This document shows positions 12,371-23,773 of a stretch of DNA of 64,000 nucleotides, in pieces. Source of the stretch: Octopus bimaculoides (taxonomy: Eukaryota). The position numbers and the translations under genes are program-made. Location: the NCBI RefSeq assembly GCF_001194135.2, contig NC_068994.1:29104342-29168341 (forward strand). The letters run 5' to 3'. Every line of letters begins with the position of its first letter. Within the stretch, counting starts at the first letter, position 1. Under the pieces are notes generated by a model. The model did not search any database, was not told where the DNA came from, and worked only from the letters and a program-made list of their open reading frames with translations.

Positions 12371-14661
12371 GTCCGGGATGGTGGATTGACAGAATTTACA
12401 GAGTTTAGGTTAAGATTCGTTGCAATATCTATTCTTACTTATTGTGTTATGAGATGTATTCTGATTGTTATTACTTGAATTCTATCTGTTTAATGGGGTT
12501 GTTACAACATGGACAGTAGTGCCGTTACTAATAACTAACAGAGGCTGTGGTTTTAATCTTATAAAAACTACTATAGTAACGTGCCTCTCATTGCCTTATG
12601 ACCCTTTAAAAAATGCTGTGAACTTATATGTTTCCCATTGCGGTAAGAACTATTTCAACACCATTTTAACACATGTCACATGAGTACCAAAAAAAAAACT
12701 CTTTTATGTTTTTTTTTTCCCACGTCAGTCAAACATCACAACTGCTGCACTCAAAATAACTACTGATTCTCTTTAATGATGATGGTAAATTAGCAATTCG
12801 AACTTTTGGAATACTTACAAAAATTCCAGTTTGTGTATGTTTGTGCGCGCGCGCGAGTGCATGTGGGCGTGTGTGTACATATATGTATGGGTGGGTGGAC
12901 GTGGGTGTGTGTCTACATACTTACATACATACATACGTAGTTTTAACACTGCTTGTTACAAGCAAAGCAAACCATGAACATAGAAAACTCGTCGTTAACC
13001 ATTGGAATAATTAACACGTTTTAGTGAATTAAAATAGCCATCTGTGTATCATACTTAATACATTTATCCTGTCGATTGGTCAGTTATTGCGGTATTTGTT
13101 CTGCAATAACATCTCTTGTAGATATGCTCTGTTAAAATCAATAAATATCAGAGGGAGATGAGAATCCCAGATGCACTTCGTTCCTTTTTGTACCTTTCCC
13201 ATGAGGCACACTCGCAGCCAGTCACATGTTCGAACGAAAATTCGTCGCCTCTGATATAGGAAAAAAAAATCATTGAAGTTGTACGTTGTTGTCTACAGAT
13301 TCCTGTTGAAGGATGTTGACAGAAATTCATTCTGTTGGGAGATCTTCAATCTGCAATGCAAATGCTGTCTCAGCTTCCACTGTATACTTATCTTTGTGTC
13401 AATCAAGAGAAAATAAGAGAAACCAAGGAAGTAGGAAGTATTGCTTGTGTGGAGATGTGTAGTATCTTTTATAAATAATAAAGTATTTTAGACTTAGATT
13501 TATGGCTTATAAATATATTTTTTATAGTAGTTGGACAGTATACTCAATACATTATGGTGTGATTTAACTTTCTTACAGTAGCATTTAATTGTTTTTGAGT
13601 AGATTTTATTGAAATAATCAATCGGATATACATTGTCCTTCCTATAAGATGTTTAGACGTATGAAAAATAACTTAATTCAAAATTTGGAAATCTAAAAAC
13701 TTAAATTTAAAATTTAAAAAGGTTTACGTGGGTGGATATTCGAATGCTAGTATTTAGCATGAATTTTGTTAAATATAAACTGCTTGAGAATTTAAACGTT
13801 TGAAAAATTTGAATAATTTTCTAATCGGTACATTATGTCATATTCTCATGTGTTTTCATGATTATGTGATTATTTGTAGGAAAATTTAAAAGAGGTTGAA
13901 AGAGTGGAATTAAAGCAATGGCAAAGGAAAAATTAATACATAAGTGGAAAATAAAACAAAATATCTTATCTGTTGGGGCGAACGATACGTGTAAAGGGTT
14001 TTAAAGTTTTGCATATTTTTTTGAATTCATGTAAAGATTCTTTCTAAGCGTTTATTTATGAGTGGTTTCATGGCGATTGAAATTTTATGAAGTTCAGCTG
14101 TGCACAGATTACATAGTTTCCTAATAACATTACAAGACTTTGTACACAAAATAATTTTACATTTCAGTTTGAATTAGATATTCTTGTTTTTCATTTGTCA
14201 TATAAATTATGAAAGGGTGGTAACTTTATTGCACTTTGTATTTCTAAAAGTATGTACTTTGAGACTGTATCGAGAATTGAAGAGGTTACTTCTGAGACTA
14301 ATGTAAACATTTACAAAATTTTTGTATGTAACTTCACTTTGATAAATAATATGATTTTCGATGCACCTTGACTCCAATAGACAGTTGCTAGTAATCTTGC
14401 TCTGGTAGTTCTGGTTATTTAATTTTATTTTTTTTCGTTGAATTTGCATAAGTTGGAAGAGGAATGTATGTGTACAGAGTCAAGAGTGGCTCGAGTATGG
14501 TAAACTTACTGTGTTTATATTAAAGAGATTATTACACATTTGTAGTGGACTGAAAAGTTTAATCAAAGCTTTAAACAAAAACCTAATTATTAGTGGTGGT
14601 ATACGAAATTAGACAAAAGTCTAAAACCTTATTGTCTCAAGTTTCCTGTATTTACTATAGT

Positions 14662-15897
14662 TACGAAGGTTCATAGGCTGTCAATGAAAGAATGATACTA
14701 GATCTGTGAAACCTTGCATGCACTAATTTCGACTCTTTTCTTTCCTGGTTAACTGACATCTGGGTGTTCAAAGAAGACTTCAAAAATAACTGTTTGTAAC
14801 TTCTCTTGAAAATGGACAAAATTTGGCATCATCGTGTAATCAAGTATCTGCAGAAAAAGAGTTTAATCCCCAAGGACATTCATGCTAACATGCTACATTA
14901 GGGGAATGATGCTTCAGCTTTACCAACAGTTCAAAAGTGGGCAGCTGAATTTAGGAGGGGAAGAGAGAGTCTTGAAGATGATCCAACGTCTGGAGGCCCT
15001 GCAACTTCCACCATCGAGGAAAACATTGATCGTGTTCACCACATGGTAATGGACGACATGCGATTGACTATAAATCAAATAGCTAATGCTATTAGCATAT
15101 CCCATTGAGAAAGTTGTGAATATTCTGCATAATGAACTTGACATGACGAAAGCTCCTGCTCGGTGGGTGCCACGTCTTCTGACACTTGATCAAAAGCGCA
15201 CCAGGCTGATCACCTCACGGGAAACTCTGGCATTGTTTGAGGCAGATCCGGTCGGTTTCCTTGAACGTTTTCTAACCCAAGATGAGTGTCGGCCTCATCA
15301 CTTCGAGCCCAAGACAAAGAGACAATCCATGTAGTGGAAACACCCCTCTTCACCTACTCCAAAGAAGGTCAAAGTTTATTTTTATTTGCAGGGAAGGTGA
15401 TGGCCTTAGTTTTGGGGGATGCAAAAGGCATTGTGCTTATTGACTACCTTTAAAAGTGCCACACCATCAATGAAGAGTATTATGCCAACTTGCTGAGGCA
15501 GTTACGAAAGGATATCAGGACCAAACGTCGAGGAAAACTGGCGAAAGGGGTCTTGTTTCATTAAAACAATACTTCAGAATTCAAATCCTTGGTTTCAATG
15601 GGTGCTGTGCAAGACTGTGGCTTTGAACTAGTTGATCAGCCTCCCTATTTCCCTGATTTGGTCCCATCTGACTATCATCTGTTCCCCAGCATGAAAAAAT
15701 ACTTGGTTGATATCGCAATGATGATGATGTCATATCTACTATTGATAACTTTATTGATCAACAGAATGAAAGCTTTTTCACCAATGGGATTCAAGCACTA
15801 CAATACCAATGGAAGAATTATGTGGACTGCAAGGAGACTATGTTGAAAACTAAACCTCATTTGGTCACATTCCATGAGAGTTCAGCCGACCCTCGAA
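14662..15897 (+). mobile_element. Mariner (irritans/Hsmar2-like) transposon, full length, inactivated
   Basis: ATG at 14812; fragments ...EDDPTSGGP, ARWVPRLLT, TQDE, YYANLL, PPYFPDLVPSDYHLFP; stop at 15851-15853; several stops and frameshifts. TIR remnants are tacgaaggttcataggctg (left) and ttcagccgaccctcgaa (right). Confidence 0.92.
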
Positions 15898-16379
15898 GGT
15901 GTCTATTGGTTACCTCGGTCTTACCAATTTTTCTACTGTAACCAGGTTTTAAAGACAGCTTCATTGAATATGCTGTGGTGTCATTAAATATTTGCTCATA
16001 AACCGATAGATATGACAATCGGAGAAGTGTTTTGTTTTTCTTAGTTTTTCACAATATTGTTAATGATATTTTTGAGGTGGTTTGATAGACGATGAAATGT
16101 AAGTGCAAGAGCGATTGGCTTGCGGTTAGTGTTGTATTGAGAATCAGTTAGATTTAGTGTCATATTTAGGAAATCTGAAACTATGACGTTATGATTTCTA
16201 CTTGCGGTTGCCATTTTTAGCACCAGCCACTTTACAGAGGAAATTTGGTTTACAGAAATTCGAGGAAGACTTTCATGCACGCACACATACGGACTCAGTG
16301 TCTGGTATTCCTTTCTTTCTTTCTTTCTTTCTTTCTTTCATTCTTTCTTTCAAAGCGAGTTTCAAAGCGTGATGCTACC

Positions 16380-16423
<44 letters not shown>

Positions 16424-16424
16424 G

Positions 16425-17316
16425 AGGCATACCTCACCCTACGTCGTTAATTGGTTCCAGGAGATACGACTTAAGTCGAATTAACTTGTCTCTAGGATAG
16501 GCTATGCAGAATTTATTTGTCTCTAGGCTAAACCGATAATAACCATTCCTAGTTTTGTACTTTATTTATGAATGCATTTCATTTTCAATAATACATGGTT
16601 AATAAAAACCTATTTTGCGCTTACAAACAAATAATTATTTCTTGTTGATAACAGTGTTCTTCATCTCTGGGGCTTCAGATTTGATATGTGCTAAATCTTG
16701 TCCTTATTATGTACATTCGTCAATGCAGTTGTCCGACTCATCCCCAAAGATTGTACAATTGCTACCATTTTTTCACCTTTTTCATGACATTTTATCATAC
16801 CCAGTTTATCTTCCAGCTTTATAACATGACACTTAGCACTTTCACTATGAATTTTCTTAGGCGCCATAGGGACAAAAAATAAAGTAACAAATGAATGAGA
16901 ATGAGAAAGCAGCCGATAAACAGTCATCAACAAATCTGAATTTAAATCAATCGTGGGAATCACGAGTGACAACGACGCCTAACGGTAGATATTGAAACTA
17001 CAGTGCAATATGAGCTCCGAAAGACCGTTAAATGAGACAACAGCTGATTTCATGATTTCGTTCACTAAGCTACACTACTTTATGGTGTGTATCTTAACAT
17101 TTACTGTACGTATTTTAATATGCTTTTCTTCTTATTCATTGTACAATAACATGATTTTATGTGCTTTTAACGGTTTTCTAGTGATTTTACGATTCCAATA
17201 TTTGTGGTGGACAGACGCAAAGTCGATAAAAATTACTTAACTTGATTTTTATTTTTCCATATATTATTTTTGAAAACCGATGTATAATCGAGAACGACTT
17301 AAGCCGAGGTATGCCT
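16425..17316 (-). mobile_element. Tigger/pogo non-autonomous derivative
   Basis: Imperfect 24-bp TIRs aggcatacctcaccctacgtcgtt / aacgacttaagccgaggtatgcct. Minus ORF contains MAPKKIHSESAKCHVIKLEDKLGMIKCHEKGEKMVAIVQSLGMSRTT, a CENP-B/Tigger N-terminal HTH. Confidence 0.82.
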
Positions 17317-17446
17317 TGCAAAGATAATCTGGAACTCGACTGAGGATAGAAAACTCTGAATGACCCGTCCTTGTTTTCTTTGTATCGTCTGTCTGGATGT
17401 TTTGCGTTCTTGTCCCATTTTTGTATTTTATATATATATATAAACA

Positions 17447-17590
17447 TACAGAGGTGGGCACCGTTAATCGAAAAGTTAACTTTGTTAATCATTAATCTAT
17501 CAACCAAATAGTTAACTTCGTTATTCGTTAATCCGTTAACTCTTTGAAAATGTAACCGAAGAAAGATAACTTTTATTGAAAAAAGCACAA
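17447..17590 (+). mobile_element. Possible hAT-like DNA transposon terminus
   Basis: Begins cagaggtgggcaccgttaatcg, followed by repeated gttaac/cgttaa subterminal motifs. No partner end found. Confidence 0.35.
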
Positions 17591-18789
17591 CTACAATTTA
17601 GTACCCCACCGATTTTGTTGCTTCATAACTTTCAGAAAAAATGTATACTTTTTAACGAAACTTTCACCGAATAATCGCTTATCTCCTGTAGATTGAGTGT
17701 AATGTAAAGGTTTTTTTTGAAAAAAATTTTCTGAGGTGTTGAAGAGAGGAGTTTCGGAAAATTCACAGGACCCGACATTTTCCTCTTCATAACTTCCTGG
17801 AAAATAGGCATTTTTAATGAAATTTTATACAAATACCTTTCAAATGGTGTAGATTAAGATTACAAAGAAATTTGTTGGCAACATTTTTGGAATTTTAATG
17901 ATTTCAGAGGAAAATGTGTGATTTAAGGGAGATCTGGTTATTGTTTTTAGCACATCCCCAAACCTCTCTCTTCGTTTCTTTCTCACTCATGCATCTGTTG
18001 ATATTTTTCAATATTTTTCTCCCCATAAATAAATTTTATGGAGTGATGATGTCAAAGTAACACACGTATAGTCCCAACCAAGCGAGGCCATGTTATGTGT
18101 GTGTGTAAGAGAAAAAACCCCTAAAAACATCTTTAGTGTTCATATTAATCTGTCAAATGTAATGTTTATTTGTTCATGTTATTTTGAGTTATTCAGGTTC
18201 AAGAGGGGTGTCCACAATATTTGCTTGTAATTTTGTACGTCTTTTACATACAGATTTGAAATTTTGTCAGTGGGTGTTTTATATACCACTGGTTTATAGT
18301 TATGTAATTTTAGCTGATCTTGCTGAGCAGATTTGACTTTTATGGCAGGTAAATTTAATCAATAGGTGTTAAATCAATAACATTATGGATAAACACTAAA
18401 ATTGAAATTCTTAATGCATCTTACCTGTTTGATTTGTTACTAAAATTATTCCAGATGGCAACCGACAAAAATTTTGCCACTTTTCAAGATGAGGTACATT
18501 AACTTGAATTAATTAAAATACAGGTATAATCGGTACAAGATTTTATTCTTTTGGTAAATATTTCGTACCTCGGTGTGGAATAATTTTTTCTACTGATTTT
18601 TTTTANNNNNNNNNNNNNNNNNNNNNNNNNNNNNNNNNNNNNNNNNNNNNNNNNNNNNNNNNNNNNNNNNNNNNCCGCCGCAAGCTACTTTTTCCGGAAA
18701 AGAATGGTAGGAGGGTGTGGTAGTGACCTCGAAGTTTCCCACCAAGAGAATGCTGTTTCGTGGGTCTTTTTTCCTTTTCCTTGTTATTT

Positions 18790-18940
18790 TGCAAGCTTGT
18801 TTCAGTCATTTGACTGCAACCATGCTGGAGCACCGTCTTGAAGGGTTTTAGTCGAATAAATCGAATCCATGACTTTTTTTTTAAAGCCTGGTACTTATTC
18901 TATCAGTTACTTTTTGCCGAACGGCTAAGCTACGGAGTCT
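18790..18940 (-). mobile_element. SINE family A, 3' part
   Basis: cttgtttcagtcatttgactgc..catgctggagcaccg...ggtacttattctatc...tttgccgaacggctaag is the reverse complement of the family A tail. Confidence 0.75.
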
Positions 18941-20289
18941 CTTATTTGATTTATTATTGGGTTTATAGACTTCCGATTCACACCTTTAACAACTTCCTTA
19001 AATTCGCCAAATGATGATGTACAATCTATGATAATTATTCAATGGATATGATGCCTAAAGGATAAATGCAAGTTATCAAATTTATTTTATTAGCTTATTT
19101 TTTAAATTTTTAGCATTATGTTTTCTCTTTATCAATTATCCACTTTTACAAGAGCTTTTTCCGCCTTTCCATCTTGATATTATTGTTACAGGTTTTTTCA
19201 TTCTATTAACTTTTCAGTTTTTTGTAATACACCTCACTCCCAATCGGAAATAATTGTTAATAACCCAATATTAAAGATTTAAGCTGACCATGGGAGTAAG
19301 TGGCCAATATCAAATTCCAATACCCTATCTGAATAGTATCTAACCTAGAAGACAACGTAAATGTTTTGAGTGTGACGTCTTCAGTTACATACACTAAGGC
19401 CACTAATGTTTTTCAAGCTATCGCATATCCTTTCCTGTCTTCATTCTTCCATACCATACAGCCCCTCCTCCATTCCATATCTTCCTTTCCTCTTTCTTTC
19501 TTTCTTTTTCAGTTCACTTCTTTCCCCCTTTTTCTTCATCTGTCTTCAACTCACCTTATACTTATTACCACTTTTCGCTCCCTTTTCCATGCTTATATCG
19601 TTCATTCATTGTTGTTCTGCTTTGTTTTTCATCAGAATACTCCGACTTTGATGAGGATAGCATTAGTTCTTTAAGGTCGTTCAATTTTTCTCAACCGATC
19701 AATGGACCGATTGAGTAAACCGACCAATGAACGAACCTATAATGATTATTGGAAACAGTTGTAAGTAGAATTTACTGCAATAAAGGAATATGTAATGACC
19801 ATTATCTATGCCTTGTCTTACACACACACACACACACATGATGGCTGCAACTCGATTTCGAGTCATGCGATCGCTTGACTGTTTCTTTAAACATGAGCAG
19901 CACGGATGTGACTGTTCAAAGAGCATTGTTGCAATGATGTAACAATGATAGGCGCTTTTGTTGTAGGTGTTACAATATTATTTTAATAAACATTCATACA
20001 ACGTTTCATTTCGTCTCCTGACGTATAAGTCATAGTCAACAACTTCCCTGTATGTGGGGCTTCTCTCATGACTTCAAAGGCCTACTTTACTTAGACAAAC
20101 ACAACCACTCTCGTAATATATTAAACTATGCTGTACACCAACATCCTCAGGCAAATTAACATGAAGACCTCTATTAAATCGTATCAAGAAGACCTCTATT
20201 AAATCGTATGCTCGATAAAATTTCGTTCGAATTTCCTTTTCCTATCATGTACTACTCTCTTCCACAATAAACGATCTAGAGCAAGATTT

Positions 20290-20880
20290 TCCCATCAATT
20301 TTCCAAGTTTCTGACCTTCTCCAGTATATCATTGATGCAGTCCTTATACATTATTTTTGGTTTGTGCGCTGGTCTTTTACTCTGGACTAACTCACCATGC
20401 AGACATTGCTTAGGAATCCGATTGTTTTCCATCCTGACAACATGATCATTCCATCGTAATTGGTGCTGAAGTATACTAGTCGAATGACTACGTTCGAGGA
20501 CATCAGCGCCACTCAGATATATTTGCCATCGGATACGTAATTTTGCGGACAATCTACTTTAGCAAAAGATAAAATGCTAGTTTTTCAATTTTAGAAGAAT
20601 ACATGGCTGGAGTGTAGATACTCACTGGGGTAACAAATCTGTTGTTTGATAATGACGCCCTCATTGACATTTTTTTACCAAAAATCCTATACTGTCTTTC
20701 CTCTTGCATCCTTCTGTTTTCCCACTCCAATTAAACGTGTAACCGCCAGACTGTGGCCCTCTTCAGAGAGACAAGTTTCAGGCAAGGCCATGACATCCAT
20801 GTTATATCTTAGTAGCTCCTTTGTTACAAGCACCAATTTTCTTTCAGGTCATATTCTAGAGGTTTTGTAATCTAAAAAGG
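20290..20880 (-). mobile_element. RTE-clade LINE remnant: APE-endonuclease N-terminus next to the ORF C-terminus
   Basis: Minus ORF 20295-20552 (HQLRWNDHVVRMENNRIPKQCLHGEL...KPKIMYKDCI) is the RTE C-terminus. The antisense of 20646-20870 gives fragments resembling the start of the RTE APE domain (LVTKELLRYNMDVMALPETCLSEEG). Confidence 0.75.
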
Positions 20881-21119
20881 TGCAATCATTCCAGATATCA
20901 ATATTCAAAGTCTTGAAGTTTCTCACAGTAGCAAGACAAGAACGGGCCCAGGCTACAATGCCCTGGGACAATTGCCAATCCAGACTATTTCACTATCTGT
21001 TCCAGAGCCCTTATTATCATTAGTCTATAACTTATAATTTTTCATTAAGTGTTTTGTGTTTTACGATTACAGTCAGCCATAGTATACCACACATTAAAAA
21101 TGTTAATAAAATAAAAAAG

Positions 21120-21440
21120 TAAATAAATAAACTGGCTCTCTGTCGGTTACAATGATGAGGATTCCAGTTGATCTGGTCAACAGAACAGCCTGTTCATTAA
21201 ATCAACGTGTAAGTGGCTGAGCATTCCACAAACACGCGTGCTCTTGACATTGTTTTCAGGGAGATTCAGCATGACTCAGAATGTGACAAGGCCGGCTCTT
21301 TGAATTACAGGTACAACTCATTGTTGTAGCTGAATGAACTGGGGAGCAACGTGAAATAATGTATCTTTCTCAAGGACACAATGCACTGCCGGGAACCGAA
21401 CTCACGACCAAACACCCCTGACCACTAAGCCGTGCGTCTT
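21120..21440 (-). mobile_element. tRNA-derived SINE family E
   Basis: Reverse complement: gcacggcttagtggtca...gtgagttcggttccc...tgtgtccttgagaaag...ttcacgttgctcc...cagctacaac. Related copies occur near 26000-26100 and 59350-59480. Confidence 0.65.
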
Positions 21441-22018
21441 CACTAGAGATGTTCATAAACTTGTTAAAAGTGAAACTATGCATGTGCTTGGAGCTTTTTT
21501 TCAAAGTGAAGAAAGGCTTTGCACAAGGCCAGTCTTGCTCTCTGAACAATGCATGCATTTGTCCAAAAAGAATTAGTCTACATAGCTGGATGCAAACGGA
21601 ATCGCGGGTGTTATAGCAATGTTTTCTTGTTTCTAGTGAGATGTCTAAACAAAGACTAGGAGGCCTCTTACTCCCAGCTGTAGGATGGCCATTGACTCTA
21701 CTGAGTTCATTCAGCCTTTGATAAGTTTTGTTTATTGTCCTGCAGAGTGTCCAACAGCAAAACAAAAAACAAAACAAAGAAACTCACCCTCCTTATAAAG
21801 CAGGCTTGGTAGGATTGTAGGGTTAGTCGCTAGTGGACCGTCCAAGCGACATGTTGAACTGGATTACTTGTTACCAGTAGCACTAAGATTTATCTGATAT
21901 ATATGATACATACATACATACATATATATACTTATATACATAATTGTTAAAGAGGACAAACGTTAAGGCAAGGCAAACATCTCACGTCATATACATTATT
22001 ATTGGAAAAAAATTCAAA

Positions 22019-22074
22019 GTCTTACAGCTGTTTCTGGGATATCCCAAAGTATGGGATATTCCGTCGTCGGAGAC
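22019..22074 (-). ncRNA. Hammerhead ribozyme-like motif (type I, variant core)
   Basis: gtct-CCGACGA-c-ggaatatccca[tactt]tgggatatcc-ca-GAAAC-agct-GTA-agac. Stem I is gtct/agac and stem III is the palindrome ACAGCTGT. Confidence 0.65.
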
Positions 22075-22271
22075 AAATAGGGAAAATGAGAAGGATATAG
22101 ATTAATAAAATGACAACATAGAGGACAGAAGTAAAGGAATAAGGAGATGAAGAAAGAGAAGAAAGTGAACTTTTATGCTTCTTTTGTCTTCTCTTTCTTC
22201 ATCTTATTCCTTTACTCCTGTCCTCTATGTAGTCATTTCATTAATTTACACCCTTTGCATTTTCCCTATTT

Positions 22272-22327
22272 TTCTCTGATGACGGAATATAACATACTCT
22301 GGGATATCTCAGAAACCACTGTAAGAC
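22272..22327 (+). ncRNA. Hammerhead ribozyme-like motif (decayed)
   Basis: ttct-CTGATGA-cggaatataacatactctgggatatctca-GAAAC-cact-GTA-agac. Confidence 0.55.
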
Positions 22328-22805
22328 TTTGAATTTTATTTTCCAATAATAATAATGTATATGACTTAAGACGTTTGCCTTACCTTAATGTTTGTTGTCC
22401 TCTTTAACAATTATATATCTGCTATATCAGAAATCTGCAATGGCTCCATAACTACCATCTCAGCTATAACCTTGGGGCCCTGGTAATCCGTTACAGCACT
22501 TACCTAGTGTACCTAATTGTTTAGATCACCTGTGAACTAAACTCCCACATTTTGTATACTTATATATATATATATATATATATTGTTGTACTTGGAGATG
22601 GTCATATTGCCAGTTTAGCCAATAAAAACACACGCACAGTATATTTGGTGTTAATTTGCTTCAGCTTTATATTACATTACATTACATTAATCCTATTTCG
22701 GCCAGAGTTCTTTCGTCACACTTCTGTGACCTCATCAGTGGTCCTTTGCTTTCTTCTTTCTTATGTGTGTCCCACCTCGCTAACTATCAGCCATTTTGTA
22801 TTTTG

Positions 22806-22836
<31 letters not shown>

Positions 22837-22926
22837 NNNNNNNNNNNNNNNNNNNNNNNNNNNNNNNNNNNNNNNNNNNNNNNNNNNNNNNNNNNNNNNN
22901 NNNNNNNNNNNNNNNNNNNNNNNNNN

Positions 22927-22990
<64 letters not shown>

Positions 22991-23616
22991 GTTTGTGTGT
23001 ATGTATGTATGTATGTATGTATGTATGTATGTGTGTATGTATGTATGTATGTATGTACATACACCCCACTGACAAACAAGCTACTATGGTCAACTGCACT
23101 AAACTTTTAGGTATAAAGAAACAATGCACTTAAAATAATGGAATAATGAATATGGGAAAATATGTAAGAGTATGTAAATATTATATCTTTTATATATCTT
23201 TTACTTGTTTTACTCATTACATTGCGGTCATTCTAGGGCCCTGCATTGAATGTTTTAATCAAACAAATTGACCCCAGTACTTATTCATTAAGTCTTGTAC
23301 TATTCTATCATCTCTTTTGCTGAACCGCTAAGTTATGGGGGGTTGAGAAACAAATACAAACAAGAAGGCACACTCACACATATCCTTTGCTAATACGAAG
23401 GAACAATAATAAAAGTATCCAATTAAACTTGTTTTTAAAAGAATATGCTTCTGCATTTGACTTCACATGGAAGATCTTCAAAGAATGTGGAGCATGTGCA
23501 AATAGTAAAAATCCTGTGGATTATGCTCAGGTGAAAAGATCCTTGTACTCAAGAACTTCAACAAATATGTAGACTATCTGAATGTTAAATCCAATAATTT
23601 CACAAAGTGTCACCAC

Positions 23617-23773
23617 CACTAGCATAGCTAGAGTGTGTGCCACCCAGGGCAGCCCTTCCTTTTTCCGCCCCGGACCTCACAAAAAACACATATTGCCTAC
23701 AGCAGAGTCAAAAGTTCCGCCTGGAGTGGACTGCCCCAACCGCCACCGCCACCCCCCACAAGCTATGCTAGTG
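23617..23773. mobile_element. hAT-like MITE, 157 bp
   Basis: Perfect 13-bp TIR cactagcatagct / agctatgctagtg, flanked by a perfect 8-bp direct repeat gtcaccac at 23609-23616 and 23774-23781. Confidence 0.8.

Larger units (their letters stand above)
21940..22413. mobile_element. Long palindrome (about 225-bp arms, about 24-nt spacer) of a PLE terminal repeat, with one HHR motif per arm
   Basis: The left arm ataattgttaaagaggac...gaaagagaaga is the reverse complement of the right arm tcttctctttc...gtcctctttaacaattat. The centre lies at about 22163-22186. Confidence 0.85.

Noticed and set aside
13299-14498. Exon-like AG...GT segments on the plus strand
   Set aside because: Donors are weak, no consistent frame links them, and the peptides were not recognised.
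19790-20045. Solo-LTR-like stretch (TG...AATAAA...CA)
   Set aside because: No matching 4-6 bp TSD and no second copy in the window, so the boundaries are unsupported.
20163-20209. Short direct repeats (also 23948-23997, 28240-28305, 50963-51003, 12119-12144) as CRISPR-like or telomeric arrays
   Set aside because: Each has only two units with no unique spacers, consistent with ordinary slippage duplications in a eukaryotic genome.
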